In this document: positions 28,554-32,000 of the stretch, one piece after another
Layout: each line of letters starts with the position of its first letter
How positions within the stretch are numbered: the first letter of the stretch is position 1
Assembly: GCF_000354175.2 (NCBI RefSeq)
Contig: NC_022349.1
Coordinates: 210,001 to 242,000 of the forward strand
Reading direction: 5' to 3'
From: Vibrio alginolyticus NBRC 15630 = ATCC 17749
Lineage (GTDB): Bacteria; Pseudomonadota; Gammaproteobacteria; Enterobacterales; Vibrionaceae
DNA length: 32,000 nt
Program-made: the position numbers and the translations under genes
Notes under the pieces: generated by a model
Seen by the model: only the letters and a program-made list of their open reading frames with translations
Databases searched by the model: none
What the model was told of the DNA's origin: nothing

Positions 28554-28943
28554 ATGTCTGAGCAACTGACCCAAGAGCAGATGGATACCATTAATCGCTA
28601 CAACGAAGAGCAACGTTTAAAGTACTGCGTAAAAGAGATTGTGGCGAATCGTAAGGTTTGGATTCTGAAAGACGAACATGGCTGTGTCATGTTAAATACA
28701 GAAGATGATGATTGTGTACCAGTATGGCCAAACGAAGAATTTGCTTTGCAATGGGCGAATGGTGATTGGGAAGATTGCGAGCCTGAGGCGATCTCTTTAA
28801 ACAAGTGGCACAGCCGTTGGACCTCTGGTCTAGAGGATGACGAGCTATCGATTGTTGTATTCCCAAATCAAAATGAAGAAGGGGTCGTATTGTTTCCTGA
28901 CGAGTTTGATTTTGAACTGCGCAAACAAGCGAGCCGCCGTTAG
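28554..28943 (+). CDS. DUF2750-like protein
   Basis: 129 aa. The pattern RYNEEQRLKYCVKEIVANRKVWILKDEHGCVML...CVPVWPNEEFA is typical of the DUF2750 family as I recall it. RBS AGGAGA. Confidence 0.7.
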   Translation: MSEQLTQEQMDTINRYNEEQRLKYCVKEIVANRKVWILKDEHGCVMLNTEDDDCVPVWPNEEFALQWANGDWEDCEPEAISLNKWHSRWTSGLEDDELSIVVFPNQNEEGVVLFPDEFDFELRKQASRR

Positions 28944-28967
28944 TTTTTTGATTAGTACCCATGCAAT

Positions 28968-28997
28968 AAAGAAGCCTGCGTTAAAGCAGGCTTCTTT
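28968..28997. terminator. bidirectional terminator between the DUF2750 gene and sapF
   Basis: Perfect 12-bp stem aaagaagcctgc(28968-28979)/gcaggcttcttt(28986-28997). Confidence 0.8.
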
Positions 28998-29025
28998 ACA
29001 TTTGCACGATTACATCTTTGATAAG

Positions 29026-29817
29026 CTATTTTGTTTGATGGCTTGGCGCTTTATAAAAGTGGCTTTCGACTAGTCGTTGAGTAATAGGATGCTCGGGATG
29101 AGTCAATACTTGGTTGGTCTCGCCAAACTCGACCACTTCACCTTCATGCATCACCATCACTTTATCAGTAATATGCTTAACAATGCCAATATGCTGAGAC
29201 ACGTACACAAATGACAATCCCATCTCTTCTTGCAACTCGAGGAATAAGTTAATGATCTGCGAGCGCATTGCCATATCCAAACCGTTTAACGCCTCATCAG
29301 CGACAATGATGGAAGGTTGAAGAATAAGTGCACGAGCCAAACACACGCGCTGTTTTTGACCGGCAGCTAGCATTTGTGGATAAAAATAGGCGTGCTCAGG
29401 CAGCAATCCTACGCGGAGCAGGGTGTTCTTTACACGCTGCATGCGCGCATCTGGCGGCATGTTGGTATTTCGCTTTAGCGGACCTTCTAAAATACGACCA
29501 ATCTGGATTCGTGGGTTTAACGATGTGTTTGGATCTTGGAAAATCATGCGGATGAGCTTGCAGCGTGTCGCGTAATCTTTGTGCTCCAATCGTTCGCCAT
29601 TCACACGGATCTCTCCGGAGCTTGGTTCAACAACGCCAGCAAGCATACGAGCTAGTGTGGATTTTCCTGACCCGTTTTGACCAATAAAACCAATAGTTTG
29701 TCCTGGCTCTAAAGTAAAGCTTACCGGTTTAACTGCCTCATTAACCTGACGTTTGAACAGACGGGAGCGCGTAACAAATTGCTTCGATAAATTATCGACT
29801 TCAAGTAACGCACTCAT
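29026..29817 (-). CDS. sapF: Sap-type peptide/putrescine ABC transporter ATP-binding protein
   Basis: 263 aa. Walker [10 protein letters not shown] and signature/Walker B LSGGQ-like region [24 protein letters not shown], colinear with E. coli SapF. Confidence 0.9.
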   Translation of the reverse strand: MSALLEVDNLSKQFVTRSRLFKRQVNEAVKPVSFTLEPGQTIGFIGQNGSGKSTLARMLAGVVEPSSGEIRVNGERLEHKDYATRCKLIRMIFQDPNTSLNPRIQIGRILEGPLKRNTNMPPDARMQRVKNTLLRVGLLPEHAYFYPQMLAAGQKQRVCLARALILQPSIIVADEALNGLDMAMRSQIINLFLELQEEMGLSFVYVSQHIGIVKHITDKVMVMHEGEVVEFGETNQVLTHPEHPITQRLVESHFYKAPSHQTK

Positions 29818-30809
29818 GACTTTTTCTCCGTGTTCAATGGAAAGTGGCAGTTAAATTTATGATTCTTAATTCGTCTGGTGTGTGGAATTTCTACACATTG
29901 TTTCTGCGCATATGGGCAACGTGGTCCGAGGCGACAACCGATAGGCAGATGCTGCAATGGCGGAATCGAGCCCGGTAGGGATTGGAGTTTTTGCTTGTGT
30001 GGTACCCAATCATTAAAGTCAGGCATCGCTTTAAGCAAGGCATCGGTGTACGGGTGCTTGGGTGCCGCAATGATTTTACTGGTATCGGCAGACTCCACCG
30101 ACTGACCACAATACATTACCGTAATACGTCCTGCCCACTGTGTTATGGTCGCTAAGTCGTGGCCGATAAGCAGAATGGTTGTGTTATTAAGTTGGTTCAT
30201 GCGGCTCAACAGACGCAAAATTTGCGATTGGGTAATCGGGTCTAAGTCGTTGGTTGGTTCATCTGCTATCAGCAATTTAGGTTTGGTCGCAATCGCCATG
30301 GCAATCATGACCTTTTGACACTCACCATCAGTCAGTTCATAAGGGTAGCTACCCATTAAACGCTTGTGATCTTTAATACCCACTTTATGCAAAAGCGCGA
30401 TGGCCTGTTTTTTACGCCATTTAAATCGCTCCCACCATTTCCCTTCAAATGCGCGAGATGGAATGGATTCAATCAATTGACGCCCGACTTCCTCTGAAGG
30501 GTCAAGACAAGTTGAAGGCTCTTGGAAAATCATCGCAATATCACGAGCAATGACGCGCCGACGCTCTTTTGGCGTAAGCTGAAGCAAGTCAATATTGCCA
30601 AGGCGCATACGGTCAGCGGTGATGCGCCAGTTATCTTTACTCACACCGACAATCGCTTTTGCAACTAAGCTTTTTCCAGAGCCAGACTCACCTACAAGAC
30701 CACGAATTTCGCCTTCGTTCAAAGTTAGGCTCATTCGGTCAACGGCTTTGACCAACCCTTGAGGTGTTTCGATCTCAATGGTCAAATGTCGAATATCTAA
30801 CAACGGCAT
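29814..30809 (-). CDS. sapD: Sap-type ABC transporter ATP-binding protein
   Basis: 331 aa. [29 protein letters not shown] is colinear with E. coli SapD (MPLLDICNLNIEIQTSNG..). C-terminal Cys cluster [16 protein letters not shown]. 4-nt overlap with sapF. Confidence 0.92.
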   Translation of the reverse strand: MPLLDIRHLTIEIETPQGLVKAVDRMSLTLNEGEIRGLVGESGSGKSLVAKAIVGVSKDNWRITADRMRLGNIDLLQLTPKERRRVIARDIAMIFQEPSTCLDPSEEVGRQLIESIPSRAFEGKWWERFKWRKKQAIALLHKVGIKDHKRLMGSYPYELTDGECQKVMIAMAIATKPKLLIADEPTNDLDPITQSQILRLLSRMNQLNNTTILLIGHDLATITQWAGRITVMYCGQSVESADTSKIIAAPKHPYTDALLKAMPDFNDWVPHKQKLQSLPGSIPPLQHLPIGCRLGPRCPYAQKQCVEIPHTRRIKNHKFNCHFPLNTEKKS

Positions 30810-31696
30810 TATTCGATCCCCGCATTAAGCGCTTGACGTACACCTTCACCTACTAAGTTTAGGGTAATAACAGTAAACATGATGGTCAGGCCGGGTAGGG
30901 TCACTGTCCAAGGTGCAATATAAATAAGCTCGACAGAGTCACCTAATATTGCTCCCCACTCGGTGCTTGGTGCCTGTGCGCCTAGGCCAAGAAAACCCAG
31001 TGCCGTAATATCTAAAATCGCAGCAGAGAGCGCGAGTGTGATTTCAGCGGCAATGACCGTCAGAATGTTAGGAAGAATTGAACTCCACAGTAAGTAGAAA
31101 TCATTAGCGCCATCAAGGCGTGCTGCCATTATGTAGTCTTTTTCAACTTCGGTGTGGACTGCGATATAAACGGAGCGAATAAAACGCGGAATCAAAGCCA
31201 AGCAGATTGCGAGTAAAATATTGAACCCACCAAAGCCTAGAAATGCCACAAAAATGATTGCTAATAAGAGCGACGGGATCGACATGACGGTATCGAGCAA
31301 GTGGTTGAGAGTACTCGACAGTAAGCCTTTCGTCATACCTGCCAATACGCCAATTAAACAGCCTACAACGGCAGCAATTGCGGTGATGGCGACAGCAGCG
31401 CCAAATGTCAGCTGAGAGCCCATAATCAGGCGCGAAAGAATATCTCTACCTAAGTCATCGGTCCCCAAAAAGTAATCAACCGTTCCTGCTGGAGCCCATG
31501 ATGGCGGCACAAGCAACTCACCTGACTGTGCTTGGGCGTCAAATGGTGCAAGTAGGGGGGCAAAAATGGTAATAAGGACGATAAACACCAAGCACCACAA
31601 GCCAAACATGGCTAGTCCGTTGGCGCGGTAGCTTCGCCAAAAACGCTCAAACTGTGTTGGAATGCGCTCTTCCTGATAAACGTTATTTGTTAGCAT
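30809..31696 (-). CDS. sapC: Sap-type ABC transporter permease
   Basis: 295 aa Dpp/Opp-type permease ([16 protein letters not shown]-like loop AARLDGAN), positioned upstream of sapD. Confidence 0.9.
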   Translation of the reverse strand: MLTNNVYQEERIPTQFERFWRSYRANGLAMFGLWCLVFIVLITIFAPLLAPFDAQAQSGELLVPPSWAPAGTVDYFLGTDDLGRDILSRLIMGSQLTFGAAVAITAIAAVVGCLIGVLAGMTKGLLSSTLNHLLDTVMSIPSLLLAIIFVAFLGFGGFNILLAICLALIPRFIRSVYIAVHTEVEKDYIMAARLDGANDFYLLWSSILPNILTVIAAEITLALSAAILDITALGFLGLGAQAPSTEWGAILGDSVELIYIAPWTVTLPGLTIMFTVITLNLVGEGVRQALNAGIE

Positions 31697-32000
31697 ACCA
31701 TTCCTTTCGAACTAAAGGGTTAATCATCGCGCCAATCAAATCCGAGAGTATGTTAGCGGTAAGAACCAAAGTCGCAAGTACCATCACGCCAGCTTGGATA
31801 GATGCATAGTCTTGGCTTGCTAGCGCATCTAAAAGCCAACGACCAATACCTGGCCAGTTAAAAATAGACTCCGTGATGATAGCTAAGGTAATCATACTCG
31901 AAAGTTGAACACCAACCTTGGGAATGATAGGCGGTATCGCATTCCGCAATACATGTTGAGTTACGATTTCGCGGTTAGAAAGACCTTTGATTCTCGCTGC
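31683..32000 (-). CDS. sapB: Sap-type ABC transporter permease, C-terminal part (the 5' end lies beyond the window)
   Basis: The frame stays open to nt 32000: my translation upstream of the track ORF is AARIKGLSNREIVTQHVLRNAIPPIIP, the typical permease EAA-loop region. 14-nt overlap with sapC. Confidence 0.88.
   Translation of the reverse strand, partial: AARIKGLSNREIVTQHVLRNAIPPIIPKVGVQLSSMITLAIITESIFNWPGIGRWLLDALASQDYASIQAGVMVLATLVLTANILSDLIGAMINPLVRKEWYANK

Overview
This window reads as a gene-dense, core-chromosome segment of a Vibrio-like gammaproteobacterium. That assignment is inferred from gene content, gene order and protein sequences, since no database search was possible.

Gene order, left to right:
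- The 5' part of a sigma-54 activator on the minus strand. It runs off the window and is absent from the ORF track.
- The his attenuator (leader peptide with 5 consecutive His codons plus a strong terminator), followed by a complete hisGDCBHAFI operon.
- Minus-strand ychJ-like SEC-C protein, EAL+HDOD c-di-GMP protein, lpxH and ppiB.
- Plus-strand cysS and tdk.
- A minus-strand LysR / YeeZ-like / YdcF-like trio, divergent from a PACE (AceI-like) efflux gene.
- A 77-aa conserved protein, then focA.
- A 525-bp gene-poor spacer between convergent genes that carries unusual DNA motifs.
- A fetB-like permease with no partner ATPase.
- torE-torC-torA. torE is 59 aa, just under the ORF-track cut-off.
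- A GH36-like glycosidase.
- A putative metal (Mn) permease divergent from the family II Mn-dependent pyrophosphatase ppaC.
- A DUF2750 gene, sapF-sapD-sapC, and the 3' part of sapB.

I saw no tRNA or rRNA genes, CRISPR arrays, transposases, integrases or recognisable defence or toxin modules. I do not find a convincing novel multi-gene system.

The best leads are modest:
1. An inverted pair of perfect DnaA boxes and a GATC-bearing inverted repeat in the focA/fetB spacer.
2. The metal-permease/ppaC divergent pair with a Fur-like box.
3. The PACE/LysR/YeeZ/YdcF cluster with a triple-TATCTA operator.
4. A sigma-54 activator that lacks any N-terminal sensory domain.
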